Source of the DNA: Carcharhinus amblyrhynchos
Taxonomy: Eukaryota
DNA length: 64,000 bases
Reading direction: 5' to 3'
Assembly: GCA_965287045.1 (NCBI GenBank)
Contig: OZ336872.1
Location: 12,772,001 to 12,836,000, forward strand
Numbering within the stretch: the first letter of the stretch is position 1; the number at the start of each line of letters is the position of its first letter. A model generated the notes under the pieces. That model had not been told where the DNA came from and did not search any database. It was given only the letters and a program-made list of their open reading frames with translations. This document shows positions 11,810 to 24,829 of the stretch, in pieces. A program made the translations under genes and the position numbers.

Positions 11810-12155
11810 TTTTTTATTCATTCATGGGATGTGGACATCTCTGGTGGGGCCAGAATTTATTGCCCATCCCTGGAGACACGTAAGTGTCAACCACACATTG
11901 CTTTGGCTCTGGAGTCACATGTAGTCCAGACCAGGTAAGGACAACAGATTCCCTTCCCTGAAGGACACTAATGAACCCGATGGGTTTTTATGACAGTGGT
12001 TTCATGATCACCAGCAGACTTTTAATTTCAGATTTTTTTTATTGAATTCAAATTTCACCACCTGCCATGGTGGGATTCAAAGCCGGGTTCCCAGAACATT
12101 ACATTGGGTCTCTGCATTACTAATCCAGTGACAGTATCACTACGCCACCGCCTCC
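11810..12155 (-). mobile_element. Second tRNA-derived SINE family (here SINE-2)
   Basis: Homologous to 45285-45645(+), 49095-49415(-) and 16530-16700(-). Tail AGGGATGGGCAATAAAT...CATCCCATGAATGAATAAA. Confidence 0.7.
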
Positions 12156-13016
12156 AATGACGAGATAGCTAGTGTATGATTCAGAATGATGGCAACTGTG
12201 TGGGTTTGATTCCCATTTCAGCTGCGGTGGGCACTGGGATGTGCCTATCATGCTCCTGAGAGTGGAAAGCAATGGCAAACAACAACTGATTAAAAAACGC
12301 TGCCAAGGAAAGGATGAATTAACAGACAGTGAGTCAGAGACCTATTGGTGTACTGGGCCACTTGTTGTAGGCCCAGCCCGGCAGATTAGGTCTTCAGGAC
12401 ATCACTGGTCATTAACAGTGACACCAAACCACTTTTGGTGATGGACATTGAAGTCCTCCTCGCAAAGTACATTCTGTAACCTTGTAACTCTCTCAGTGTT
12501 TCCTCCAAGTGATGCTCAGCAAGGAGGAGAACTGAGGGAGGGCGGTGTGGTGATCCGTGGAAGGCTTCGATGCTCAAATTTGCCACAGAGACTTCAACAT
12601 CCAGAGTCGATGTTGAGGAATCTCAGGGCTGCACCTTTCTGACTGTGCCACCTCCTCTGGAGGGTTTGTCTTGCCGGTGGGATGGGATACCCATGGATGA
12701 TAATGGAGGGTCTGGGGTATTGTCCGCAAGGTAAAAGCCTATGCGTATGACTGTTGCTCAACTAGACTATGGAACTGCTCTCCCAATTTTGGTACAAGTT
12801 CCCAGATGTTATCAGGGAGGACAGTGTCGACTGGACTGGGTATAATTTTGTTGTATCCAAATCCAACACCTAGACAGATTCTGAGTGTTCCATACAATTT
12901 TATTATTGTGGATTGATATAACCATTATAAATTCTCATCCATTTCAGAGGACAGCAAAGATTCAACTAAATTGCTGTGGGTGCAGAGTCATATTTGGCCA
13001 GAATGCCAAGTTACAA

Positions 13017-13705
13017 TGTGAAGTCAGACTAGACCCCAACAATTTTTTCTATTTTGACATTAATGTGAGGAAAGGATGCTTTAGTCTAGGAGTAATTCCA
13101 CTCACCGATTAGGGATTTTTTATATAGTAAAACAAACTTTATTTAATAACACACCTTAACTATAACTCTAACAAATGAAGCAACATAACTATTATCAGTT
13201 AAACAATAGTTAAAAGATGAAAAGAAACAACTTTAATTTCTAACTTATCACTGTTACAGTGCCAAATAAGCAACAGTTCACTTATAGACTTTAAATACAG
13301 TTAGCACCTATAAATATACTTGCTATGAGTGTAGACATTTTTCACGCTTTCAGGCAGAGAATGAGTTTCAGCAGTTTACAGAAAGCTTCTGTCTTCAAGC
13401 AATTCCCAGCCAGAACTGGAAGTTGTTTTTCTCTGCGACATATTTAGCTCCTCCCATTAACCACATTCTCACCTGATCCTGTTAATCAACCAGATCAAAA
13501 ATCCCAAGGTAAATCTTCATCTATAAAGAGAATTACATTAGCTCTCTCCAAAGTAAACACTACATGGTTAAAATGAGTAATTATTCTGCTCTCCCAGCAT
13601 CTGAGCTGCATTCCCACCAGACAAAATGACAGCCTGTAGGGAAAAGCTGAATCTTAAAACATTCCTCTTTTAAATAAAATATATCAGTAGCACATTACCA
13701 TCACA
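13017..13705 (-). mobile_element. Solo-LTR-like element inserted in a SINE-2 copy
   Basis: Termini TGTGA...TCACA; minus-strand AATAAA at about 13138. The flanks (about 12940-13016 and 13706-13890) join into one SINE-2 copy. Confidence 0.5.
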
Positions 13706-14386
13706 AAATCAGATTGCCTTCCCTAAAGGACAGAGGTGACCCAGCTGGGGTTTTATGACAATCCTATCATCATTATTGCCACTGTCTTTTTATCCCTGGT
13801 TTATTCAATTTTCCCAGTTGCCAGTATGACATTTGAACTCCTATCTGCAGCGCATTAGCCCAGTTCTCTGGATTCCCAGCACAATAACCTTACCATCCTG
13901 CTCCTGGTTTAACTGGCATGAGCTTTGCAATGAAAATAGTTCATTAATTCAATGAATGAATTGCAGTAAGATTCCCAGGAAGGACCATTATCCCATTGAC
14001 TTAGTTTGACACTACATGGAGAATTAAATCCAATCCAATTTCGAATTTAGTTTTGAAAAAATGTTCAGGTGTCCTTTTGGATGCGCTGAACAATTTGTAA
14101 ATCCACCAAACCTCAAATTCTGGAAAGCAGAGATTCTTTCATCTCCTCCTCCTCATATACCAAGCATTGGCATTACAAATTGGTAAGATTGGTGTGAGGT
14201 TATATGCTCTCTCTCCTAAAGATACAGTCAGATAGGAGCTAAATCCATCACAATCTTGTGAAGTTGAATGCTAAACTATAACAACAAATCAGACTGTAAA
14301 GGCCTTTCCAGAATCAGTTTTGATGCTAGAGATACATTTGAGCTCGCAAGATTTAGACCAAAAATGCCAAGAGGTGAAGACTAAGA

Positions 14387-14690
14387 GGGCACACAGTGGC
14401 TTAGTGGTCCTCACAGCACCAGGGACCTGGGTTCGATTCTTGGCTTGGGTCACTGTCTGTTGGGAGTTTGCACATTCTCCCTGTGTCTGTTTCCTACGGA
14501 GGCTCCGGTTTCCTCCCACGCTCCAAAGATGTGCGGGTTAGGTTGAGTGGCCATGTTAAATTGACCCTTAGTGTCAGGGGGACTAGCTAGGGTAAATATG
14601 TGAAGTTACCAGGATGGGACTGGGTGCGATTGTGGTCGGTGCAGGATTGATGGGCCGAATGGCCTCCTTCTGCACTGTAGTTTCTAAGAT
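14387..14690 (+). mobile_element. V-SINE, tail A
   Basis: Head, V-domain and GATGGGCCGAATGGCCTCCTTCTGCACTGTAG tail. Confidence 0.85.
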
Positions 14691-14831
14691 ATGGTTCTAC
14701 GATAGGTGAAGGCTGTTGGCTTGGGTTAAAAGCACCGAGAAACTCTCCCTTTGAAGATTTTGCTCTCCCATGAGCTGCATGCAATGATGGAGTCCGCGGG
14801 GGCTTGGGGGGGTGGGGAGGTGGGGGGTGGT

Positions 14832-14933
14832 TTAATTTGTGATTACAAACCACAAATTACAAATTTCTGATTTGTAGTCACAAATTAACTGTGATGAGTT
14901 AATTTTGATACATGTAAAATTAACTCATCACAG
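14832..14933. repeat. Two abutting palindromes (27-bp and 18-bp arms)
   Basis: 14832-14858 pairs with 14862-14888 (24/27); 14889-14906 pairs with 14916-14933 (18/18). Confidence 0.9.
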
Positions 14934-15377
14934 ATAGAGTGCATAGGTTTCGATGTTGAGGGAGAGGGGGCCACTGAAATGTAGAAATGTAGCAGAGAAG
15001 GTAGATCCTTGGGGAACTCCAGTTGTTGGGAAAACATCTGGATGAAGCATTAGCTACCAGACAATGGATTGGGGAGTGAAGAACATAGCTATGGACACAC
15101 TTGCAGTAAGGAGCTTTATAATAACTTCACTGAAGCCTGCAGTTAATACCCTAAAGGCATGGATGTTTCCAAAGCCAAGACAATTCGCAAAGTATTCAAA
15201 GACAGGGATCCAGAGTTACAACGAGCCAAAAATCATAACATCTAATACAGACTAAGCCAGAATGTTAGAGGAAGAGGCAACAGTAATTTCAATAACTTTA
15301 CTGGTGAAATATTATACTTATTTTTAGGCTCAGAATCAATTTTTTGCTTGAAATTCAAGTAAAGGTCCAAGAAAAAT

Positions 15378-15681
15378 GTAAGTTTAAATTTATTTATTAT
15401 TGTCACAATTACATTAACACCGCAATGAAGTTACTGTGAAAATCCCCGAGTCACCACACTCTGATGCCTGTTTGGGTACACTGATGGAGAATTTAGCATG
15501 GCCAATGCACCTAACCAGCACATCTTTCAGAATGCGGGAGGAAACTGGAGCACCCGGAGGAAACCCACACAGACACGGGGAGAACATGGTGACAATGCAC
15601 AGGCGGAGACTCAAGACGGGAATGGAACCCGGGTCCCTGGCACTGTGAGGCAGCAGCGCTAACAACTGTGCCACCGTGCCG
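15378..15681 (-). mobile_element. V-SINE, tail B
   Basis: Full head-V-tail copy. Confidence 0.85.
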
Positions 15682-15817
15682 CTCAAAAATAAAGGGTAGA
15701 CCGAGATTAGAAGAGAATAGGAAACACACTGCAAGCACAAAGGTGGATATAACCATCCTGAGGACAGAGTACCTAACCAGCGCATAAAGAATCGATAATG
15801 GAGCTAACAAGGGCAGT

Positions 15818-16097
15818 TTGGCGGCACAGTGGTTAGCACAACTGCCTCACAGCGCCAGGGACCTGGGTTCAATTCCCGGCTTGGGTCACTGTCTGTGAGA
15901 AGTCTGCATGGGTTTTCCTCCAGATGCTCCAGTATCTTCCCACAGTCTAAAAGATGTGTTGGTTAGGTGCATTGGCCATGCTAAATTCTCTCTCAGTGTA
16001 CCTGAACAGGCGCCGGAGTGTGGTGACTAGGGGATTTTCGTATTAACTTCATTGCAGTATTAATGTAAGCCTACTTGTGGCACTAATAAATAAACTT
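15818..16097 (+). mobile_element. V-SINE, tail B
   Basis: Near-complete copy, head-to-head with 15378-15681. Confidence 0.85.
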
Positions 16098-16704
16098 AAA
16101 AATTAAATACCTGACAACCATAACCAGGTTAAGATTGCACAGAGAAGTGAGTTGAAGACATCAACCCTCTCATTAGAATAAAGTTGAATGAGGATGAAGA
16201 GCGAGATTCCCCTGAGAAAGCCCAATGGAGTGGGTGCCAAAAGAGCAGGAAGGCAGGAGGTGATGTTTTTCGAAGAAATGTTGGGGTCAATGCCCCAAGT
16301 ATGAGCAGAGAAAGAATTGGTCAGAGATGATTCAAATTGCCAACCGCAGTAGACAGAACTTCTTGCTAAGCACGGTGACAGAACAGGAGCGTATCCAGCT
16401 GTGACAGAAGGGCAGGGGAGAGCTAAGAAACCCTCCACGCCAACAAGAATAATGTACTAGCTCATTGGCAAAGATAAAAAAAGGTCACAGGCCCAGAGAA
16501 GGCAAAGCACTTTGAAAGGGCGTGTACCTTGTCTTTTCTTTCATGGGATGTGGCATCATTGGCAGGGCCAGCGTTCGGTGCCCCTCGCTAATTGACCTTG
16601 AACTGAGTGGCTGACTCAACCATTCCAGAGGGCAATTCAGACTCAACCACATTGCAGTGGGTCTGGAGTTTACATGCATAGGCCAAACTGGGCCATCCAC
16701 AAAC

Positions 16705-16940
16705 TTACTCTTCAATATTCACAACTACATCGTTTATATATATCATGAATAATAATGGACCTAACAATGATCCCTGTGGTATGCCACTGGACACCAGTTT
16801 CCAATCACACAAACAGCCTTCTACCACCATCCCCTGTCTCCTACCACTAAGCCCGTTTTGGATTGAACTTGCCAAGTTATCGCGGATCCCACGTGCTTCC
16901 ACCTTCCTTATCAGTCTCCCCTCGTCAAAGGCTTCTACCA
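16705..16940 (-). mobile_element. CR1 reverse-transcriptase fragment
   Basis: AFD...VSSGIPQGSLLGPLLFMIYIND. Confidence 0.85.
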
Positions 16941-17079
16941 TAGTCATCAACTTTAGAAAATAATGCAGCATTATTTAAATTCTTTCACAACCCTTTCATT
17001 TTTTGGGTGTAAAACACAAAACCTGCAATAATGTTTGAAGCACAACATCTCCACAAATAATGTCTGATCAGTATTGGAA

Positions 17080-17278
17080 GTCATGATGTGGAGATGCCGG
17101 CGTTGGACTGGGGTGGGCACAGTAAGAAGTCTCCCAACATCAGATTAACGTGCAACAGGTTTATTTGGAATCACAAGTTTTCGGAGCGCTACTCATTCCT
17201 CGCTCACCTGATGAAGAAGCAGTGCTCTGAATGCTCGTGATCCCAAATAAACTTTAACTGATGTTGTGAGACTTCTTA
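17080..17278. mobile_element. Penelope-like palindromic element
   Basis: Same family as 53055-53308; CACCTGATGAAGAAGCAGTGCTCTGAA hammerhead-like relic at about 17205-17235. Confidence 0.65.
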
Positions 17279-17489
17279 GAGGACTGGAAGGAGCTTTTTC
17301 ATGTGTAGTGGCTTTGCTGTTTTGATGATGACCAACATCAGGACTGGCTGCTCTCAGTCTCACAAAACATTATTTTATGAAGCCATTCTTTTCTTTCTTC
17401 CCACTTGCACAGCTGCCCTGTTCACTCACACACCCTGAACAACAAGAAACAAAATGCAAGATGCTTTCAGGCCCATTCAAAAAATAAAG

Positions 17490-17666
17490 AACAGGGAACA
17501 AAGAACAAAGAAAATTACAGCACAGGAACAGGCCCTTCGGCCCTCCAAACCTGCACCGACCATGCTGCCCAATTGAACTAAAACTCCCTACCCTTCCAGG
17601 GACCGTATCTCTCTATTCCCATCCTATTCATGTATTTGTCCAGACCCCCCCTTAAAATTCACTATT
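17490..17666 (-). mobile_element. CR1/HER1 3' end
   Basis: Reverse complement of the 8253-8523 tail. Confidence 0.8.
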
Positions 17667-19074
17667 GAGTGAAAGCTGCAACTTTCAGGGCAATATTTAG
17701 ATAATTTTCATGAAATAACAAGTTTTTTTTTCCAGTCTTGGCTGTTCAAGGAAACACAATTATGGGGCCAGCACTGAAAAATTGACCCGAGTTTTCTGGG
17801 GCCATTTGGGATGGTCCAGAAGGTGGGCAAAATGGCCTGGGAAGGAGTATAGGGGTAGGGATGGGGTGCCTGGTGACTTCACACCAGCATTGGACAGGAA
17901 TGCCTGTCTGGAGCCCAACTGAGACACTTACACCCACTTCCCACCACCGCTGGCATTTACCTGGTAAACCTGGGCACCCTCCCCCGTGGGCTGTGGGATG
18001 GTGGCTGAAGCCTTCCCTTTTGGGAGTTCTTTGGCCCACAGAGGGGCCTTGCAGAAGCGGCCACCTCTCTGCCAATGCCCTCAGCAGAGTCCCCCTTCCT
18101 CCCATTGCAGGGACCTGCCTTCCTGATTCCAGTGCCGTCACAGCCTGACCCCGTGCATCAGAGTTTGCGAATGCATGGCCATCGCTGAGGTGGCTGATGT
18201 GCCAGTCTTCTGACTGGGTCAGAGGGTGGGGAGGGGAGTGGGGTTTGGGCCACAATCCTTAATGGGGCAGCAGCTCTAACAGAAGCCGCCCTATTGGCTG
18301 CCGTTGGCAAAATACGAGTCCTGAGTCCTGTCCCCATCAATATTTCCAACCACAGGGATGGGACCGTAACCACCTCCACAACATTTTGCCCATTGTGTCT
18401 GCTGTCGATGAAACTTTTTACTAAAGAAAACAAGACGTGTATTTTTGCAATTGCGCAAACCACAACCTCAGGGCATTCCAAAATGGTTTTCCAATCAATA
18501 CAGCACTTTTCTAAAAAAAAGAGTAGTCACTGTTCAAATACAGGCTGCAGCAAGCTCCCAGAAACCACACAAACGCACCATCTGTTTTCAATGTTGGTTG
18601 CGGATATGCAGTGACTCCCCATTCTTCCTCAGAGAGGGCTCCCAGCTGCGAGGTTAGGTGGCTCGAAAGTGGTTTTAGATCTCACCTGCCTGCCCGTCCC
18701 CGTCACCCAGCAATGTAAACGGCCTAGCATTCTGACAGTGATAACAAGCTCAGCCAGCAATTTGACTTCCTCTCTCCGAGCACTGCAAAGGGGCATGATT
18801 GTAACACTGTTCTTTCACTTTGTAACTCTGAAACAATTCTAGGAGGACTGCCCTGGGTTCGGGGCAATTATAACTCAGCCGCAGAAAACTGACCACATTT
18901 CTGTTGCATGTTGGAGAATTGACACCAGGAACCACAGAGGGTTAAAGATAAAGGAGTTTTATTTGATGGGTGGTGTTCCTTTTGAATATTGTCACTCGTG
19001 TAACATAGGCAAACACAGCAAGCTCCCTCTACCAACAATAAGACAAATGACTAGCTGCCATATTTGAGTGATTT

Positions 19075-19424
19075 GGTTTTGATTTATTGTCACATGTATT
19101 AGTATACAGCGGAAAGTATTGTTTCTTGCGCACTATACAAAGCACACCATTCATAGAGAAGGAAACGAGAGCGCGCTGAATGTTACAATCATAGCTAAGG
19201 TGTAGAGAAAGATCAACTTAGTGTGAGATAGGTCCATTCAAAAGTCTGATGGCAGCAGGGAAGAAGCTGTTCTTGTGTCAGTTGGTAGGTGACCTCAGAC
19301 CTTTTTCCCGGTGGAAGAGAGTACGTCTGGGGTCCTTAATTAGACTGGCTGCTTTTCCAAGGCAGTGGGAAGTGTAGACAGAGTCAATGGATGAGTGGCT
19401 GGTTTGTGTAATGGATTGGGCTAA
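19075..19424 (-). mobile_element. Rex1/Babar-like LINE 3' end
   Basis: Homologous to 24830-25110(+), 37670-38101(-) and 41520-42235(-); (TTTGA)n tail. Confidence 0.75.
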
Positions 19425-19691
19425 ATAAAGGAGCTTTATTTACTGAGTGGTGTTCACTGCACAACTGCTTCTTCACTCTGGTATTTCCAGTGACCGGTGA
19501 CATCACTTCCCGTGAATACATAAATATACTAATACACTATGCTTACTGCAAGAATCAACATTAATATCTAATTTCTATAATAAATAAGCAAGCCAATGGC
19601 TTATGTGGAAAGCGTTACGGTTCAGGTGAATTGCGATTTGTCATATGATATCTTGTTGAGTGGAGTCTTACCTGCATCTTGCTAGACATGA

Positions 19692-20238
19692 TTAGCAATA
19701 GTTTCTTGCGGTCTTGGGCTGAGCAGGAGCCATACCACATCCAGAAAGAATACTTTCTATGGTGCATCTGTAAAGGTTGGTGAGAGTCATAGCTGACATG
19801 CCAAATTTCCATAGTCTTCTGAGGAAATAGAGGCATTGACAGGCTTTCTTAATAGTGTGGGCACGGAGGGGATCATGACAAGTTGTTGGTGACCTGGACA
19901 CTTAAAAACTTGAAACTCGCGACCATTTCTACTTCATCCCATTGATGTAGATTGGGGCACGTCCTTCACTACTCTTCCTGAAGTCTAGCTCCCTTGCTTT
20001 GTTGACATTGAGGGAGAGATTGTCATCGCACCAGCCCCTGTACTCTGTGTCATCATTATTTGAGATCTGACTCATGACGGTGATGTCATTGTCAAACTTG
20101 AAAATCACGTTGGAGGAGTATTTGTCCACGCAGTCACAGGTGTATAAGGAATATGATAGGGAGCTGAGGACACAGCTTTGTGGGGCACCAGTGTTGAGGA
20201 TAATCATGGAGGAGGTGCTTGTTGCCTATTCTTACTGA
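19692..20238 (-). mobile_element. Rex1/Babar-like LINE RT fragment
   Basis: LNTGAPQSCVLSSLSYSLYTCDCV...FKFDND and KKACQCLYFLRRLWKFGMS...YRCTIESILSG. Confidence 0.85.
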
Positions 20239-20550
20239 TTGCGGCATTCAATCATTCTCAAAAAGTGCCAAGAATCTTCTCCCTCTCCACAGGTGCAGAT
20301 GTTTCATCTGAAGGGTGATGCTTCTGACCGTGCGGCACTCCCTCAGTGCAGCATTGCAAGATCAGCCAAGATTGTATTTGGAGTGGAACTCAAATCCATT
20401 ACCTTCTGGTTCAGAGATCAGTGTGATGACCACTGACACCTTATAAAGGATTTGATGTCCTTTGTTACTAAGTTCAGCTCTCTGTTAAAAAGGGAATGGA
20501 TATAACAACATAATATAAATTTTGGTCCCATATTTTTTAATAATTTCAAT

Positions 20551-20836
20551 GTAGAATCATAGAGCCCTACAGTGCAGAAAGAGGCCCTATCCCCATATCC
20601 CTACATATTATACCCACTAATCCCTCTAATTTACACATCCCTAGACACTAAGGGGCAATTTCTCAGCACGGCCAATCAGCCTAACCCGCACATCTTGGGA
20701 GGAAACCGAAGTACCTGGAGGAAACCCACGCAGACACGAGGAGAATGTGCAAACTTCACACAGACAGTGACCCGAGCCAGGAATCGAACCCAGGACCCTG
20801 GAGTTGTGAAGCAGCAGTGCTAACCACTGTGCTAGA
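20551..20836 (-). mobile_element. V-SINE, tail A (internally deleted)
   Basis: Head and V-domain on the minus strand. Confidence 0.8.
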
Positions 20837-21102
20837 CCCAATTTACATTTGTAATTTACTCAATTACAAAAATAAATCATTTACTCATCTTTTTTGAATA
20901 TAAAACCTATGCAGATTCGGTGCTCATCAGATGCCTGTCAGTGCCTCTACAACATTTATTCAGCTTCCTTTCACACTGGGACAGAGTTTATCACATCCAC
21001 TGCCTAGCACTTGATTCATATCTGACATGTTGCTCAGCAACGGGCATTAGGAGATTACTATCTCAGATTCAGTCAGTCTTTAAAACACCACCAAGAATCA
21101 AC

Positions 21103-21362
21103 ATGGCATAATGGCACAGTGGTCAGCACTGCTGCCTCAGTGCCAGGGACCAGGGTTCGATTCCCAGCTTAGTCACTGTGCACAGTCTGCGTGTGTTTCC
21201 TCCAGGAGATCCGGTTTCCTCCCACAGTCTGAAAGACATGTTGATTAGATGCATGGGCCATGCTAAATTCTCCCTCAGTGTACCTGAACAGGCACCAGTG
21301 ACTTGGGGATTTTCACAGTAACTTCATTGCATGTTAATGTAAGTCTTTTGTGACGCCAATAC
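21103..21362 (+). mobile_element. V-SINE, tail B
   Basis: Head, partial V-domain and tail B. Confidence 0.8.
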
Positions 21363-22155
21363 GTTCACTTACTCACTTAATCAGTTTCCAAATATCAAGA
21401 AACCTGGGTCTAAACCCCATCAGTCTAGCACATGACCCAGTATAAAAAGACTTTGCTCTGTAGTGCATCTTTCACAATCTCAGGGTGTTGCAATGCATTA
21501 AACAGCCAATGAAATACTTTGAAGTGTGGTCACTGCTGGAACAAAGAAATCAGTGGAGACAGTACGGTAAAATTCAGCAACAATGATGAGGTGATATCAT
21601 GTTGGACCTTTTAAGGTCCTTAAGGTTGTAGACAGGCTGGGTGATTGGAAGGGGCAGAGGGGGAGAGAACTAAATCCACAGGAATCAGGAAGCCGGGGGA
21701 AGAATAAAGGCAGGAAACAATGGGAGGATCCTGGATTTCAACAGTGCGGATATTGCAATTATCGTAGAGAGTAGCATGACCTAAAAGCAGAGGGAGCACC
21801 ATCGTTTACCAATATACCTTCTGAACTAACAGGGGACAGAGCGAGAGTTCTGAGGGGCAAAGCAGCAAGTTTTACATTTTTTTGCACAGACACCATTGTT
21901 TAAAAAAATTAATTTTAAAAATTGCAGCTATTGTTAATTTTAAACAATCTGAACACAAGTAGATTTTAAGATTCAGAATCTCTCTTGAAATGCTGTAAAA
22001 TCCCTCAACAACATGGGAGCAGGTGTCCTGTTACTTATATCCATATTAATCAGGTGCATTATGGGTTGGTATAGATATCTGTTCCACGTGAGTTCCACCA
22101 TTGTGGATATCATTAAGAGATAAAATTGGGCAAGGTTTATAACAGTTGCAATTCA

Positions 22156-22700
22156 TTGGTGCAGGGTGGTCCAGCGGTTAGCACTGCTGCCTTTCAGCAC
22201 CAGGGACCTTGGTTCGAATCCCAGCTTGGGTCACTGTCTATATGAGCCGGCTCTTAAACAGAGCATCCTACCTAGGCCCTGTCCCCGTAACCCCACACAT
22301 TTACCCCACTAATCCCCCTAAGCTACACATCTTTGGACCATCACAGACAATTTAACATGATCAATCTACCTAACCTGCGCATCTTTGGACTGTGGGAGGA
22401 AACCGGAACACCGGGAGGAAACGCACGCAAATATGCGGAAAATGTGCAAACTCCACACAGATAGTGATCTGAGGCTGGAACCGAACCCGGATCCCTGGCA
22501 CTGTGAGGCAGCAGTGCCAACCACTGTGCCATGCCAACCTGCAGATGGCAGGTTAGGTGGATTGGCCATGGCGAATTGCCCTTCGTGTTAAGGCAACCAG
22601 CAGGGTGAATATATGGGGTTACAGGGATATGCCTCAGTGGGATTGTTGTCCATGCAGGCTCAATGGCTAAATGGTCTCCTGCACTCCGGCAATTCTAGAA
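22156..22700. mobile_element. Composite: plus-strand V-SINE interrupted by a minus-strand V-SINE (about 22245-22537)
   Basis: Plus head at 22156-22240; reverse copy to 22537; plus V-domain end and tail A resume at about 22540. Confidence 0.75.
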
Positions 22701-23026
22701 TTCAATTGTTAAGACCAGTTTCATCCATGACCTGCCTTGAATTGACAGATCAATGAGCGGTGATGGGCCCAAGTGGAAGAGAAAATGATCAATAATACAA
22801 TAATCATTTATGTATTCAGCTTGGGGTCATCTCGATGGCTGTTTCTTGCACTGAACTATTCTACCTTACCACCACCAGTCACATCTGCACCCAAGTGATT
22901 CCCATTGGATTCACCTGAGGGCAAAAATTATAAAGCACTTTTCATATCTTAAGGCACCTGACAGATAATAAAGTCATTTGTGTTTTGTAAAGAAATGCAG
23001 CATGGTAACTTGCACACCATGAGTCC

Positions 23027-23811
23027 TATAAGACCATAAAACAGAGCAGAATTAGGCCACTTGGCCCATCAAGTCTGCTCTGCCATTCAATCATGGCTGA
23101 TACTTTTCTCATCCCCATTCTGCCATTTCCCCATCAACCCTGATCCCCTTATTAATCAAGAACCTATCTATCTCTGTCTTAAAGACACTCAATGACCTGG
23201 TCTCGACAGCCCTCTGCAGCAATGAATTCCACAGATTCACCACTCTCTGGCTGAAGAAATTCCTCCTCATTTCTGTTTTGAAGGATCATCCCTTTAGCCT
23301 GAGGTTGTGCCCTCTGGTTCTAGTTTTTCCTACGAGTGGAAACATTCTCTTCACGTCCACTATCTAGTCCTCGCAGTAACCTATAAGTTTCAATAAGATC
23401 CACCCTCATCCTTCTAAGCTCCAAAGAGTACTGACCCAGAGTTCCTCATAATGACAAGCTCTTCATTCCAGGGATCATTCTTGTGAACTTCCTCTGGACC
23501 CTTTCCAAGGCCAGTACATCTTTCCTTAGATATGGGGCCCAAAATTGTTCAGAATACTCCAAATGGGGTTTGATCAGAGCCTCATACAGCCTCAGAAGTG
23601 CATCCCTGTTCTTGTATTCTAGCCCTCTTGACATGAATGCTAACATTGCATTTGCCTTCCTAACTGCCGACTGAACCTGCACGTTAACCTTAGGAGAATG
23701 TTGAACAACGATTCCCAATTCCCGTTGTGTTTGATTTCCTAAGCATCTTCCCATTTAGAAAATAGTCTATGCCTCCATTCCTCCGAAGTGCATAATCACA
23801 CACTTTTCCAC
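23027..23811 (-). mobile_element. CR1 LINE 3' fragment
   Basis: KANAMLAFMSRGLEYKNRDALLRLYEALIKPHLEYSEQFWAPYLRKD. Confidence 0.9.
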
Positions 23812-24284
23812 AACCAACACCAAGCAAAGCGAATGGTTAGCCTGTTTTAGTGACACTGAGCAAGGGGGATAAATGGCAGCCAGGACAACATTCAGAGGTA
23901 TCTATTGATTGTTCTTCCAATGTTGCCATTCGGTCTTTAATGTCCACTTCAACAGATAGATTTGAACTGCAGGGCAGCACAGCCAGCAATGCAGCTTTGC
24001 CATTCCATAAATCAAAATATTTTCCTAAATGGGGAGCGATTGAAGGGAGCAGAATAACTTAGGTGTCCGTGTATGCAGATCACTGGAAGATTGAGGACAG
24101 GTTCAAAAAGTACTCAAAGAGGCTAATCAAAAGTTAACCTTAATCACAAGAGGTTTCAAATGCAGAAGTGGGGGAATGATACTTGGGTCAGACCTGTCTT
24201 CATTTTTGTATATCAAAACTAAGGAATGATGCATTGGCCAAGACCAAGATGGCTTCTGTTGGTTTCAAAGGATAGCCATATCCG

Positions 24285-24595
24285 AAGATAAGGGGGAGTC
24301 CCGAACCAGGGGTCATAGTCTGAGGACGTGGGTGGACCACTTAGAACGGAGGAGACATTTCTTCACCCAAAGAGTGGCGAGCCTGTGGAATTCATTACCA
24401 CAGGGAGTAGTTGATGCCAAAACATTGACTGTATTCAGGAGGTGGCTGGATATAGCGCTTGAGGCGAATGAGATCAAAGATTATGGGGAAAAAGCAGGAT
24501 TAGGCTACTGAATTAGATGATCAGCCATGATCATGATGAATGGCAGAGCAGGATTGAAGGGCCAAATGACCTCCTCCTATCTTCTATGTTTCTAT
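24285..24595 (+). mobile_element. CR1 3' end
   Basis: Same subfamily as 51500-51790 and 56158-56450. Confidence 0.8.
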
Positions 24596-24829
24596 GATAT
24601 GGATCAAACACAGGCAAAGAATTCAAGGCATAATTCAGCCGATTTAACTAACTGGCAGAATAGGCTCAAGGGGTTAAATTGACCTCCTGCTATTCCAATA
24701 TAAACGTAATTCTCCTGTCAGGACTGAAGTTGACAAAGCGCTTTCACACACAGCAGGTCATTGGAATTCTGGAATTTTCATCCTCAAAAGGCTGGAACGT
24801 AAGTCAACTGAAAATTCCAAGACTGAGAC

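Noticed and set aside
17746-18370. GC-richer segment with 169-aa and 107-aa ORFs (similar segment at 5480-5880)
   Set aside because: No recognisable protein motif. It may be a decayed non-autonomous DNA element, but I could not define termini.
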